A stretch of DNA of 64,000 bases from IMG/VR virus record IMGVR_UViG_3300025450_000021, positions 17,669 through 81,668 of that record, one strand, 5' to 3'. Origin of the DNA: a virus (taxonomy: Duplodnaviria; Heunggongvirae; Uroviricota; Caudoviricetes). Numbering within the stretch: position 1 is the first letter of the stretch; the number at the start of each line of letters is the position of its first letter. A program made the translations under genes and the position numbers. Shown here in pieces: positions 50,647 through 59,597 of the stretch. Below the pieces are notes generated by a model. That model searched no databases. It was not told the origin of the DNA and saw only the letters and a program-made list of their open reading frames with translations.

Positions 50647-51952
50647 CAGCTGTAAATCCTCTAAATCCTTTAAAACGTGGAAATCTTAGACTGTATGATC
50701 CGTCTTGATTTTGAGTAACCGCATCAGCACGAACTTCAACAATATTACCAAGCAGGCTACCACGATCGGACCAAAAAGAATCGCGGTCATTATCAGTGAA
50801 TCCTGAGCCAACGTTGACTTTAATAAGTTTACCATCATCCTCACCTTCGCATACAAATGCACCTAATTTACCTACATTTTTACCTGTACCTTCTTCTACT
50901 GCGGTTACTGCCAGGCTGACTTCAATGAATGGTTTCATTTTTAACCAACTAACTGTTCGCTTGCATTCGTAAGGTGCATGCGGATCTTTAATCATAATAC
51001 CTTCATATCCACCTGCAATAGCCTGTGCATTAATTTCTTTAAATCGTTTTTGTCCATCATCCGTGTCCAAATTGACTTCTTCGAATGTTACATATTTCAC
51101 ATTGGGCAATTCTTCTTCATGTTCGTCTACCCATGTAGATACCATTTTACTACGAACATACTGCGGATAATCACTACTACCTGCTTCAAAGTGTGCCAGT
51201 TGACAAAAATCAAACAAATATAATATGGCGTCATTTGCCTGTACATCACTCTTGCGATGTACTTGTTTCATTAAGTCTTGGAAACTGCTAGACATGATTT
51301 CACCATCTAAAATCAAATCAAATGGTGGAGGATTCTTTTTAACTACAGCACTAATCTGTTCTGCAATATGTGGAAAATTTACAAGTTCTTTACCATTGCG
51401 ACTAAACATATCTACCCGACCATCTACCCGCACAACTGTAATAACTCGAACACCGTCTAATTTAACTTCAACCATTTTGAGACCAGCAACTTTGGTTTCA
51501 TGATTGGCACTGTCATGAGCAAGTTGACAAGCAAATACAGGAATGGCGTAGTTAGGATAATTCTTTTCCACTACTTTGTTGATAGTCTTTTCGCTTACGC
51601 CACAGCGTAAGTCTTTAATAAGGATACGACGATACCAGCCATTCCATTCTTTCTTGGTGGCTGATTTCATCATAGTTTCGATCATAGTCCTTGCTGTATT
51701 ACCGGTGACATTGCGAGTAGTGAAACCAGTAAGAGCGAGAGTAAAACTATCCCAAGGTAACCCAGGCCCATCTTCATCTTGTTTCTCCGGTATTTGTTTA
51801 AGTCCAAAAGTAATCATTGGATCTAGTGCAAGCCTGCAACCTTCAAAAAATTCATTATTGCCTTCTAGGGCAATAGCTTCAATGATGGCTTCTTTGTTTA
51901 GACGACTAGGATGACTTTCCAAATCCCAAATATGACTAGCACAACGACTCAT
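50633..51952 (-). CDS. ATP-dependent DNA ligase
   Basis: Motif I KLDG in VEVKLDGVRV. Adenylation and OB domain lengths consistent. 439 aa. Confidence 0.8.
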   Translation of the reverse strand: MSRCASHIWDLESHPSRLNKEAIIEAIALEGNNEFFEGCRLALDPMITFGLKQIPEKQDEDGPGLPWDSFTLALTGFTTRNVTGNTARTMIETMMKSATKKEWNGWYRRILIKDLRCGVSEKTINKVVEKNYPNYAIPVFACQLAHDSANHETKVAGLKMVEVKLDGVRVITVVRVDGRVDMFSRNGKELVNFPHIAEQISAVVKKNPPPFDLILDGEIMSSSFQDLMKQVHRKSDVQANDAILYLFDFCQLAHFEAGSSDYPQYVRSKMVSTWVDEHEEELPNVKYVTFEEVNLDTDDGQKRFKEINAQAIAGGYEGIMIKDPHAPYECKRTVSWLKMKPFIEVSLAVTAVEEGTGKNVGKLGAFVCEGEDDGKLIKVNVGSGFTDNDRDSFWSDRGSLLGNIVEVRADAVTQNQDGSYSLRFPRFKGFRGFTAGEKI

Positions 51953-52001
51953 AAAGACTCCAATAATTATTTGTATAAGTTTGTATTATACAGAGTAATT
52001 A

Positions 52002-52727
52002 TCAATAAGTCAACCAGAGGTTAGTTCTAAATGGTTTGCCTTCGTAGGCATTTTCTAAATTACGTAGAATTAAGTTTTTCATTCTGCGTATAATTGGATG
52101 ATTGTGGTTGTAGTTAAATGCTTTTAAATAACTATTCCAAGTTGAGTTTTTATGTCTACGGCAAATATCGGAATCTAAATATTTGCCAATATTGTTAGGA
52201 TCGTATCCAAAACGATCAATTAGTTCACAGGCAGTATTGAACGCATGAGCTCCCATTTCATCTGTATCACCATAGTATTCCTGTTCTTTACGAGTTTTGT
52301 TTAATTCTGCTGTACTTTGGTATCCAGGAATAGTTTTAAAATTTCTAGCACGAAACTGTCGCATGTGTACAACTTCGTGTAGAACAACATCGGCAAAACG
52401 AAAAGCCATACGTTTGAAACGATATTGGGTAAGTTTTATTTTGGTCTGGTCTGGATTAAAATTGAAATTAACTTCTATTGCAGGTTTACCCTTTTTATCC
52501 AGTCCACTATAGTAGACTCCGCCCAAAAAAATACAACCCATTGTGGTCGGAGCATGTATGCACTTTTTAAGTTTTATCGGTAAGTACTGCTTAACATGCC
52601 TATTAATACGCTTTTGAATTTGGCTGGGAGATAAATCTTTGCCTACTATTTCACTGTTAAGTGAGTAGAACATAGAGTATAAAGAACTTCTATCAAGTTT
52701 AGACCAATCAAACGGTAGTTGGGCCAT
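52002..52727 (-). CDS. putative zinc metallopeptidase (HExxH; SprT-like)
   Basis: HEVVHMRQF motif. TATAAATA plus AGGAG lie upstream. 241 aa. Confidence 0.45.
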   Translation of the reverse strand: MAQLPFDWSKLDRSSLYSMFYSLNSEIVGKDLSPSQIQKRINRHVKQYLPIKLKKCIHAPTTMGCIFLGGVYYSGLDKKGKPAIEVNFNFNPDQTKIKLTQYRFKRMAFRFADVVLHEVVHMRQFRARNFKTIPGYQSTAELNKTRKEQEYYGDTDEMGAHAFNTACELIDRFGYDPNNIGKYLDSDICRRHKNSTWNSYLKAFNYNHNHPIIRRMKNLILRNLENAYEGKPFRTNLWLTY

Positions 52728-52747
52728 AGCACACTCCTAGACATAGC

Positions 52748-52755
52748 TATTTATA
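52748..52755 (-). promoter_or_regulatory. T4-type late promoter box TATAAATA (minus strand), 9 nt before an AGGAG Shine-Dalgarno and 20 nt before the ATG at 52727
   Basis: Exact octamer read from the sequence: TATAAATAgctatgtctAGGAGtgtgctATG. Confidence 0.45.
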
Positions 52756-52786
52756 CTATACTATGAAACCCAATTATATACACACT

Positions 52787-53377
52787 TTATGGGCGTTTTG
52801 TCACGATTTCGTCAATCAATCCAAAATCTAGTGCTTCTTGGGCACTCATAAAGTTATCCCGTTCCATAGCTGTATAAAACTCATCAAACGTCTTGCCCTT
52901 ACTATTATGGTTAACATATAGTTGGGTAAGATTTTGCTTCATTTTTAGGATTTCTTTTACTTGGATTTCCATGTCTGTAGCTTGTCCACCAGCACCACCA
53001 CTAGGTTGGTGAATCATGTGTCTAGCGTTTGGTAGCATTTTACGCTTGCCAGGAGCACCAGCAGTAGCAAGCAAACTTCCCATACTACAGGCTTGACCCA
53101 TGACGATGGTGCTAACGTCAGGCTTAATGAATTGCATAGTATCGTAAATAGCCATGCCCGCTGTAACCACACCGCCGGGACTGTTGATAAAGAAGTTAAT
53201 ATCTTCATTACCTTGACTTTCTAAAAATAGTAGCTGGGCTACGATTAAACTTGCTGAATGTTCGTTTACATCTGTATCCAACATAACGATACGGTCCTTG
53301 AGCAAGCGACTGTAAATATCATAACTGCGTTCACCTCGAGCTTCTTGCTCGATTACCATCGGTACTAAATTAGGCAT
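52787..53377 (-). CDS. clpP: ATP-dependent Clp protease proteolytic subunit ClpP
   Basis: Catalytic Ser in GQACSMGS, His in HQPSGG, Asp region present. 196 aa. Confidence 0.9.
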   Translation of the reverse strand: MPNLVPMVIEQEARGERSYDIYSRLLKDRIVMLDTDVNEHSASLIVAQLLFLESQGNEDINFFINSPGGVVTAGMAIYDTMQFIKPDVSTIVMGQACSMGSLLATAGAPGKRKMLPNARHMIHQPSGGAGGQATDMEIQVKEILKMKQNLTQLYVNHNSKGKTFDEFYTAMERDNFMSAQEALDFGLIDEIVTKRP

Positions 53378-53417
53378 TGTTTTCCTCTATTTTATCAATT
53401 CCATAAAAACTTTGAAA

Positions 53418-53434
53418 CGGTATACTATATACCG
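53418..53434. promoter_or_regulatory. 7-bp perfect inverted repeat cggtata-cta-tataccg upstream of clpP
   Basis: Seen in the 130-bp gap between the clpP start and the mazG-like stop. Confidence 0.3.
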
Positions 53435-53508
53435 AATAATGCAATGCTTCGTTAATTGTTGCAAAATATTTAACGAGCATATCGCCTGTTGTTGAATAAT
53501 ATCTTAAC

Positions 53509-53880
53509 TTATACATTTTTCTTTGTAAATGGTTCTAAATTTGGTGGAACCCACCCGACTGGCTTTAATACCTTACCGTCTTCACGCTTACGCACAAGTC
53601 CAGTTTCTTTATCAATTTTAGCAAAGTTGGTACCCATAACTTCTCGCCAAGCACCTTCGATGTCGGCACCCATACTGTGTGCGGCACCGATAGTAACAAC
53701 TAAAATATCTGTTAATGCATCTAAAACTTCTGTGCTATCACAATCGTTAATGGCAACTTTTAATTCGCCAAGTTCTTCTTCAATCAAATTAACATATAAA
53801 TTGAACTGGGAAACATTCCAATCGTCTGTTGTTTGATCGCATGCCTTCATAAATTTTTCTTGATCGCGGAATGGGTTCAT
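53509..53880 (-). CDS. mazG: MazG-like nucleoside triphosphate pyrophosphohydrolase
   Basis: LIEEELGELKVAIND is the EExxE metal-binding helix. 123 aa all-alpha. Confidence 0.72.
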   Translation of the reverse strand: MNPFRDQEKFMKACDQTTDDWNVSQFNLYVNLIEEELGELKVAINDCDSTEVLDALTDILVVTIGAAHSMGADIEGAWREVMGTNFAKIDKETGLVRKREDGKVLKPVGWVPPNLEPFTKKNV

Positions 53881-54095
53881 TATATCTCCATTGTTAGTGT
53901 AAATTCTTTGTCATGTTGGCTGAGATAAAAACTAGCCAATTTAAACATGGTACGTGCATGTTCGATATCTACAGGCACTATAATACGTTCGCCATCGCGT
54001 AGCTGGCGCAATTCTTCTGCATCTTGTATAGCTTGATGCTCTATGGCTTCGTAGTCTTGAGCCATTTCCATTAGTTCAATTTCATTATACAGCAT
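53880..54095 (-). CDS. hypothetical small protein
   Basis: 71-aa ORF. Confidence 0.4.
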   Translation of the reverse strand: MLYNEIELMEMAQDYEAIEHQAIQDAEELRQLRDGERIIVPVDIEHARTMFKLASFYLSQHDKEFTLTMEI

Positions 54096-54537
54096 TTGAT
54101 GTATCGTATGTTTGATTAAAAATATCTTTCTTTACTACACCGTAGTCACCGGCATCATGACGAACAATATAGTCTTCACCTGCCTTATACGCTAGTGATT
54201 GCCCATTATATTTTAACACTACCGAACCGTCGTGATCTGCCAGTTTAGCATGTTTATGAATTTTCTTGGGAGTAGCAGTACCGTCTTTGTTGTCATCATA
54301 ATATTCTGCAAATTTTGCAGGACTCACTGGATATTGCTCGCCTTTAGGCCCAGTAATAATTTTATCACCAGCTAGATAGTCTACCGGACCTTCTAAGGTT
54401 TCACTAGTACCTGGAGCAATAGCAGTTTTATAATGGATAGGCGTAGGATTTTTGAATGTTTCAAATGATCCTGTCTTGAACCAATCGTCAGTAATACCTT
54501 CCATTGTTTCTATAATGTTTATAAATTCTCTAATCAT
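54085..54537 (-). CDS. hypothetical protein
   Basis: 150-aa ORF. Confidence 0.5.
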   Translation of the reverse strand: MIREFINIIETMEGITDDWFKTGSFETFKNPTPIHYKTAIAPGTSETLEGPVDYLAGDKIITGPKGEQYPVSPAKFAEYYDDNKDGTATPKKIHKHAKLADHDGSVVLKYNGQSLAYKAGEDYIVRHDAGDYGVVKKDIFNQTYDTSNAV

Positions 54538-54689
54538 TTTGCCAACCTTATGTTTACATAAACTAACACAGCATTAACCAATGCCCACAAATCGTCTCCC
54601 TTTGAAAAACAATCGATAGCCGCTAGACAACACCAGCCGGCAACGAACATGGCAATCTTAGGTTGGTTGCGGATAAACCATTCATGCAT
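54534..54689 (-). CDS. small membrane peptide (51 aa)
   Basis: MHEWFIRNQPKIAMFVAGWCCLAAIDCF... contains one TM helix. ATGCATGA overlap with the upstream gene and ATGA with the downstream gene. Hand-translated. Confidence 0.35.
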   Translation of the reverse strand: MHEWFIRNQPKIAMFVAGWCCLAAIDCFSKGDDLWALVNAVLVYVNIRLAK

Positions 54690-55161
54690 TTTCTTCTTCC
54701 TCTATGCCTTCATATTCAGCAAGTTGTTTTTGGAAAGTCTTTAACTGCTCAATCAAATTAGTAATACCGCCATGATTCATAGTAATAGCACTATAGCCCA
54801 TTTTGAACTCTAGCCTGTTATCACTGTTCATTCCTAGACTATAATAAGTTACGGCAGGTTTCTTTGGTTCGGGAGTATAACCGCCACCATCTCCGCCACC
54901 GTGTTCAGGCTCTTTAGGAAATGGAACTACGTTACTAGGTTTCTTAAAAAATAATTTATCTAACATATGATTCTCTCTCATGTTAAGCCAGCGAGCCAGC
55001 GGATTACATACTAACGGTAAAGCTACCATAACAAGCCATACCAACTCTACAAGCATAGTATAGTCTCTGTAAGGACTAAGAGCAACCAATACGGTTACAC
55101 TAAGATAAAGAAGACCGCTCCAGAAGAGCCAATGTCCTCCGGTGCGGTCAAACAATTTCAT
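54682..55161 (-). CDS. membrane protein, NfeD-like partner of SPFH protein (inferred)
   Basis: Two or three N-terminal TM helices plus a soluble C-terminal domain. Immediately upstream of, and translationally coupled to, the band-7 gene. Confidence 0.5.
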   Translation of the reverse strand: MKLFDRTGGHWLFWSGLLYLSVTVLVALSPYRDYTMLVELVWLVMVALPLVCNPLARWLNMRENHMLDKLFFKKPSNVVPFPKEPEHGGGDGGGYTPEPKKPAVTYYSLGMNSDNRLEFKMGYSAITMNHGGITNLIEQLKTFQKQLAEYEGIEEEENA

Positions 55162-55162
55162 A

Positions 55163-56095
55163 TTACTTGCCCAAGTTCAAGAATGGAACTGCGCCACTTG
55201 CCATTGTACTAGGCAACTTGCCGTCCCACTTTTCAATTGCCTGCAACTGAACATATTGTACGCCACCGTTAGATTGGATAGCCTGTGCTTGGATAGCAAT
55301 AGCCTTAGCTTCACCATCCGCTTGTGCAATACGTTGTTCAGCTTCTACTTTGATACGAGCTAAGTCTTGTTCAGCCTTTTGCTTGTTCTGTGTAGCAATA
55401 ACTTTCTGTTCAACAGCCGCTTGATATTCTTGACTGAATCCAAAGTTAACCAAACTGATTTCACTGATATCCAAACCGTACTTGCCTACTTTATTCTGTA
55501 GTTCAGTATGGATAGCCGCACTTACCTCATCACGCTTGGTTACCAATTCTTCACTGTTATAGTGGGCAGTGGTAGCTTTGAATGATTCGTTAATAGCTGG
55601 CAACAGGATCTTGTTTTCTAAATCCAAACCAAACTCTTTGTACATAGTAGCGGCCTTGGCACCATCAATACGATAGTTAACTACGATGTCTGTATGCACA
55701 ACCTGCAAGTCTTTAGTACCTGCTTGAGCACCTTTCAAGTCCGCTTTTACAACACGAACTTCAACTTCCTTAACCTGACTGATTGGGTTTACAAAATGCA
55801 AACCTTCACTCAGTGTTTCTGGATTAACAGTTCCTAGCGTAACCTGTACACCAATGTAACCTGCTGGTACGATTGTAAATGACTCAAATGCTGTAAACAA
55901 GATTACAGGTAACAAAGACAACACCCAAAGACGTTTGAGCATACTTGGATGTGCTTTGATACTGTCTGTATCTTCCTTGATACGCTTGGCATAAGCAACT
56001 GCGTTTTCATAATTGGTTTTGTTGTTATAATCAACTAGGCCAAGGCCCACTAAGACTACAATACCAAATAATACCCCAACAACGATTGTGAACAT
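55163..56095 (-). CDS. SPFH/band-7 (stomatin/prohibitin/HflK/C-like) membrane protein
   Basis: N-terminal TM, SPFH core and a C-terminal coiled-coil with Ala/Gln/Glu repeats (AVEQKVIATQNKQKAEQDLARIKVEAEQR...). 310 aa. Confidence 0.85.
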   Translation of the reverse strand: MFTIVVGVLFGIVVLVGLGLVDYNNKTNYENAVAYAKRIKEDTDSIKAHPSMLKRLWVLSLLPVILFTAFESFTIVPAGYIGVQVTLGTVNPETLSEGLHFVNPISQVKEVEVRVVKADLKGAQAGTKDLQVVHTDIVVNYRIDGAKAATMYKEFGLDLENKILLPAINESFKATTAHYNSEELVTKRDEVSAAIHTELQNKVGKYGLDISEISLVNFGFSQEYQAAVEQKVIATQNKQKAEQDLARIKVEAEQRIAQADGEAKAIAIQAQAIQSNGGVQYVQLQAIEKWDGKLPSTMASGAVPFLNLGK

Positions 56096-56103
56096 ATTTT
56101 TCC

Positions 56104-56655
56104 TTAATTCATTTCTTTAAATGCTTGTTCTTGGCGACTTGCCGCGAACTCGCGTTGTTTTGCGGCTTCTTTAGCCTTACGCAAAATATTAGCATCACCT
56201 GTTGGCAAGGCCACTAATACATAAGTACGGAACCGTGTACCTTCTGCTACACGCTTGACTTCACGAACTTCTACACCAGTTAAGTCTACATCCTTACAAC
56301 TCATGCGAATAGCTGATTCACTAAGCTCTGTACTAGTCACTTCGCTGTCTGTACGATAAATCTTAGTACGCTGGTTAGCAGTACCACCAGCGGTCATACA
56401 AATCTTTGCAAATGCATCTGCTTTGGCTTTGATATCACTCATACTGAAGTCTGAGCTTACAGCGGTACCAGATTCAAATACTGCACTATTACTGAGAGGT
56501 AGTTTAGTCATCCAGTCTGGTGCTTTACTCAAAGCTCGTTCGACATAACGTTCTTGACGTTCACGTTCATTGTCAGCTCGCTTTTGATAAGGATCAGTTG
56601 TACCACAAGCCGCCAGCATAGCAACAATTGGTACTAGTAGTAAAGATTTTTTCAT
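56104..56655 (-). CDS. lipoprotein (probable true start MKKSLLLVPIVAMLAACGT at 56655; track ORF extended to 56724 via GTG)
   Basis: Signal peptide plus lipobox LAACGT. Confidence 0.55.
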   Translation of the reverse strand: MKKSLLLVPIVAMLAACGTTDPYQKRADNERERQERYVERALSKAPDWMTKLPLSNSAVFESGTAVSSDFSMSDIKAKADAFAKICMTAGGTANQRTKIYRTDSEVTSTELSESAIRMSCKDVDLTGVEVREVKRVAEGTRFRTYVLVALPTGDANILRKAKEAAKQREFAASRQEQAFKEMN

Positions 56656-56656
56656 A

Positions 56657-56767
56657 TTAATTCTTTCCGCGGAGTCCGCCAATAAAGCCTTTAATAAATC
56701 CGTAGACTGCATATAAGATACCACCTAGCACAAATAATATAGACACGTCAGTCCAAAAATACATCAT
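56657..56767 (-). CDS. small hydrophobic peptide (36 aa, single TM)
   Basis: MMYFWTDVSILFVLGGILYAVYGFIKGFIGGLRGKN. Hand-translated. Tight spacing. Confidence 0.3.
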   Translation of the reverse strand: MMYFWTDVSILFVLGGILYAVYGFIKGFIGGLRGKN

Positions 56768-56790
56768 TCCGTGATTAAAAAATGAATTCA

Positions 56791-56913
56791 TTATTTTCCA
56801 CCCATTTGTTCTTTTGTCCATTCTGCGGACGATTGAATATCCTTACCAATGCCTGCTACAGTCGAGCAAGCGGCAAGGGCCGAAACTAAAATCAATGCAA
56901 ACAATGTTTTCAT
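56791..56913 (-). CDS. entericidin-like small lipoprotein (40 aa)
   Basis: MKTLFALILVSALAACSTVAGIGKDIQSSAEWTKEQMGGK. Lipobox LAAC plus a T-V-A-G-I-G-K-D-I motif resembling entericidin A/B C-N-T-x-R-G-x-G-E-D-I. Confidence 0.45.
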   Translation of the reverse strand: MKTLFALILVSALAACSTVAGIGKDIQSSAEWTKEQMGGK

Positions 56914-57041
56914 TTTGTTTTCTCCAATGTAGTTATAACAATAGCATTAGTAGTATCTACAGCAGTACCAAACAAATTCTTAGTAACCGCAGGATACAAA
57001 ACTGCCAAAGTTAAAACAATGCCTAAAATAACGCCTTTCAT
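56910..57041 (-). CDS. small hydrophobic peptide (43 aa)
   Basis: MKGVILGIVLTLAVLYPAVTKNLFGTAVDTTNAIVITTLEKTK. ATGA overlap with the entericidin-like gene. Confidence 0.35.
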   Translation of the reverse strand: MKGVILGIVLTLAVLYPAVTKNLFGTAVDTTNAIVITTLEKTK

Positions 57042-57091
57042 ACTATTGCCTTTCTATGTTTGTTGAACATGTCTATATTATACTATAACAA

Positions 57092-57439
57092 TTACCACTT
57101 GTCAACTACGATCCAGTTGTTTTCATCTTTTGGATCTACCTGACAAATAACACCAAAATAGTCTTTAATTTTTTTATCAACTACTCCAGATTCTTCAAAC
57201 AATCGACATTTATGTCCGTTGTACTTAAAATACTTTTTGACAGCAGATTCGTTGACTTCGCTTTCCAAAATGGTATCACCGATTTTAACTCGTAGGTCGA
57301 CTCCTCCAGTTTCTTTACAAATAGTAGCAGTTTCGTTACTGACTTTGCCGTCTTTCTCAATAGTAACTGTGGTAGTTTTACATTCGTTGGCAACTGCCAG
57401 CTGACTCACCAAAAGCATTAAGAATAGTATTTTTTTCAT
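57092..57439 (-). CDS. secreted protein (signal peptide MKKILFLMLLVSQLAVA; track ORF extends to 57469)
   Basis: 115-aa mature-type ORF with Cys pairs. Confidence 0.5.
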   Translation of the reverse strand: MKKILFLMLLVSQLAVANECKTTTVTIEKDGKVSNETATICKETGGVDLRVKIGDTILESEVNESAVKKYFKYNGHKCRLFEESGVVDKKIKDYFGVICQVDPKDENNWIVVDKW

Positions 57440-57693
57440 GATTGCTCGCAACTGTAAGCATACCACCAAATTGTGGCTTTTAAGCGACTATTATAGACAC
57501 GATCGGGTTCGCTGAGTTTGTCAGGATCTTGATCAAAGTTTAATTTTGTTTGGATAGTTTTAAGTTGTTGCAACTGTTGATCTTTCAAACTGCAATCAAC
57601 AGGATAGTCCCGCAACTGTTGGTAAGTTAGGGACTTATCTTCGTCTACACAAGCCGTAAGCAATAACGCTGACAGCAATAATGCATACTTCAT
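57436..57693 (-). CDS. small lipoprotein (lipobox LLLTACVDE)
   Basis: 85 aa. Confidence 0.5.
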   Translation of the reverse strand: MKYALLLSALLLTACVDEDKSLTYQQLRDYPVDCSLKDQQLQQLKTIQTKLNFDQDPDKLSEPDRVYNSRLKATIWWYAYSCEQS

Positions 57694-57735
57694 TTTGAAC
57701 TTTCGTTTAGTTACTATATGAGTATTATAAACGAG

Positions 57736-58155
57736 TTAGCGGTATTTGTCATCTAATTCGACGCTCGAAAGTCCAGCTATAGTTTTGAACTTTTCAAAAG
57801 CCTTTTTGGCTGTAGGATTCTTTTCCAATTCACTATTGGGTAATACAGCTTCTAGCCAAATTTCTGGACGGCGACTAGGGTGTGCTCCAAATTGACGTGG
57901 CTGGTGTAGTTTACCAGTTTCTAGTAATTCGATGCTAACACTTCGAAATCGGTCTTCGTCCTCAGCTTGATAAGCTACCCATTCAGGATTACTCAAACCA
58001 TAGGGCTCGTGATATCCTTGCCAAATACTCTCCCATTGTACATCATTTCTAGGATCAAAATCTGTACGGCTAATAATGATGAGAACATCGTCAATGTCTA
58101 CTACTCCATCGACAATGTCTCTAACGCATCGACTATAACTAAGTCCAATTTTCAT
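57736..58155 (-). CDS. hypothetical protein
   Basis: 139-aa ORF. Confidence 0.5.
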   Translation of the reverse strand: MKIGLSYSRCVRDIVDGVVDIDDVLIIISRTDFDPRNDVQWESIWQGYHEPYGLSNPEWVAYQAEDEDRFRSVSIELLETGKLHQPRQFGAHPSRRPEIWLEAVLPNSELEKNPTAKKAFEKFKTIAGLSSVELDDKYR

Positions 58156-58574
58156 TTTGTTTGCTCTGCAATTCTTTTATAACCAAGTGCATTAGGGTGG
58201 ATATGGTCTGGCTGTAATTGATTATTGGTAATTACAGTATCTCCAAACTCCTTGGCAACAATACTAACAGTCTGCATAATTGCTTGGATACTTACTTCAC
58301 TTTTAGGATTATTACCAGCAGGCATGATCCAAAACACTCTATCAGCTTTAGTCAGTCTACGAATAGTACGTAGTTCCTCTTCAGTCTTAATATATTTGTG
58401 ATCATTTGATCCAAGACTAATAATTACAGTTTTGGCTTCAAACGGACTCTTGCCAACATTCTTATTAAGCCATTGATAACTATTAAGTCCACCTGTAGCA
58501 TATGATACACACTCGGGGCGTACCTGGGCAGTACCTACAGCAATACTATCGCCCATTATTAGACAATCAATCAT
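58152..58574 (-). CDS. SGNH/GDSL-family hydrolase
   Basis: GDSIA block I carries the catalytic Ser. GSND block and the C-terminal DHIHP (DxxH) block are present. 140 aa. Confidence 0.65.
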   Translation of the reverse strand: MIDCLIMGDSIAVGTAQVRPECVSYATGGLNSYQWLNKNVGKSPFEAKTVIISLGSNDHKYIKTEEELRTIRRLTKADRVFWIMPAGNNPKSEVSIQAIMQTVSIVAKEFGDTVITNNQLQPDHIHPNALGYKRIAEQTK

Positions 58575-58735
58575 TTAACACCTTCCTCTAGCTCTTGCAC
58601 ACGAGCCTGTAATTGTTTTACTGCATCTTCTAATTTTTCAATATGCTCTGCAACTTGTTGCATAAAGTCGTTGGTATTATTACCAGTTACTCGTAGCATT
58701 TCAGCTACAGTAGTTGTTACAATTTCTTCTGCCAT
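58571..58735 (-). CDS. small coiled-coil protein (54 aa; track ORF 58571..58909 is over-extended into the upstream gene)
   Basis: MAEEIVTTTVAEML...LQARVQELEEGVK. The ATG lies immediately after the phosphoesterase stop. Confidence 0.4.
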   Translation of the reverse strand: MAEEIVTTTVAEMLRVTGNNTNDFMQQVAEHIEKLEDAVKQLQARVQELEEGVK

Positions 58736-58736
58736 A

Positions 58737-59597
58737 TTAAATCTCCAATAAAATATTAGGGTTCCAACCTGTGTCTTCGCTGTAACCATCGTTTTCGTAA
58801 CCACGTGGATTACAAACAATTCTAGTCTCTCCAATCTTATAATCGAAAGGACAATGTGTATGTCCATGTGTCCACAACACGACCTGTGGGTGATCCAAAA
58901 TGAACTCACTTAGATCACTATGATAGCCACCGTTCATGAGTGTCTCATGAGCATACTGTTCGTGTACACTTTGGAAACTTGGACTATGATGCCCGACCAC
59001 AACACACTTTTTGTCCTTATGTTCTTCGACAATCAGCTTGATGTAGGCAAGAGTCTTATCGTGTCTGTGAGCGACATCCAACGCACTCATAGGAGCATAG
59101 CTTCTGTAGTCGTTACGAATGATACGAAAATCGTTCATCATACCTTCAATAGCATGCATGGTTAATGGATCACGCCGGTTCATGTTGGTCCACAGCGTAC
59201 CACCAACAAACACTACATCATCGATAATTTTAGTGTCCTGTTCCAGCATATAGATGTTGGGAAACTTGGCGCACTCTTCACGCATGTAGTCAATACCTGC
59301 ATAGAACTTTCCATTGTAGAATTCATGGTTACCCATAATATAGATTACATGTGGAAACTGAAAACTGCAACGCTTTAGAAAGTCACGGAACCGTTGAGCA
59401 CGTTCTTGTCTACGACCCAAGCCGGTGCCATTGGCAATAGCCCGTTGATCGGCAGTATTACTAAGCTCAGGATGGTCGTGGAGATCCTGTGCGATCATAA
59501 TATCGCCACCAAGGATCAGTACATCATAGTCCTGATCATTTTGAATGTTGATGTCACTGAACTCTAAATGGAGATCACTGACTAGTTTGATTCTCAT
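58737..59597 (-). CDS. calcineurin-like metallophosphoesterase
   Basis: Motifs DLHLE, GGDIM, GNHEF and GHHS/GHTH. 286 aa. Confidence 0.8.
   Translation of the reverse strand: MRIKLVSDLHLEFSDINIQNDQDYDVLILGGDIMIAQDLHDHPELSNTADQRAIANGTGLGRRQERAQRFRDFLKRCSFQFPHVIYIMGNHEFYNGKFYAGIDYMREECAKFPNIYMLEQDTKIIDDVVFVGGTLWTNMNRRDPLTMHAIEGMMNDFRIIRNDYRSYAPMSALDVAHRHDKTLAYIKLIVEEHKDKKCVVVGHHSPSFQSVHEQYAHETLMNGGYHSDLSEFILDHPQVVLWTHGHTHCPFDYKIGETRIVCNPRGYENDGYSEDTGWNPNILLEI

Noticed and set aside
58571-58909. 112-aa track ORF overlapping the metallophosphoesterase
   Set aside because: Its 5' part is the alternative frame of the phosphoesterase 3' end. The real gene most likely starts at the internal ATG (58735), immediately after the phosphoesterase stop.
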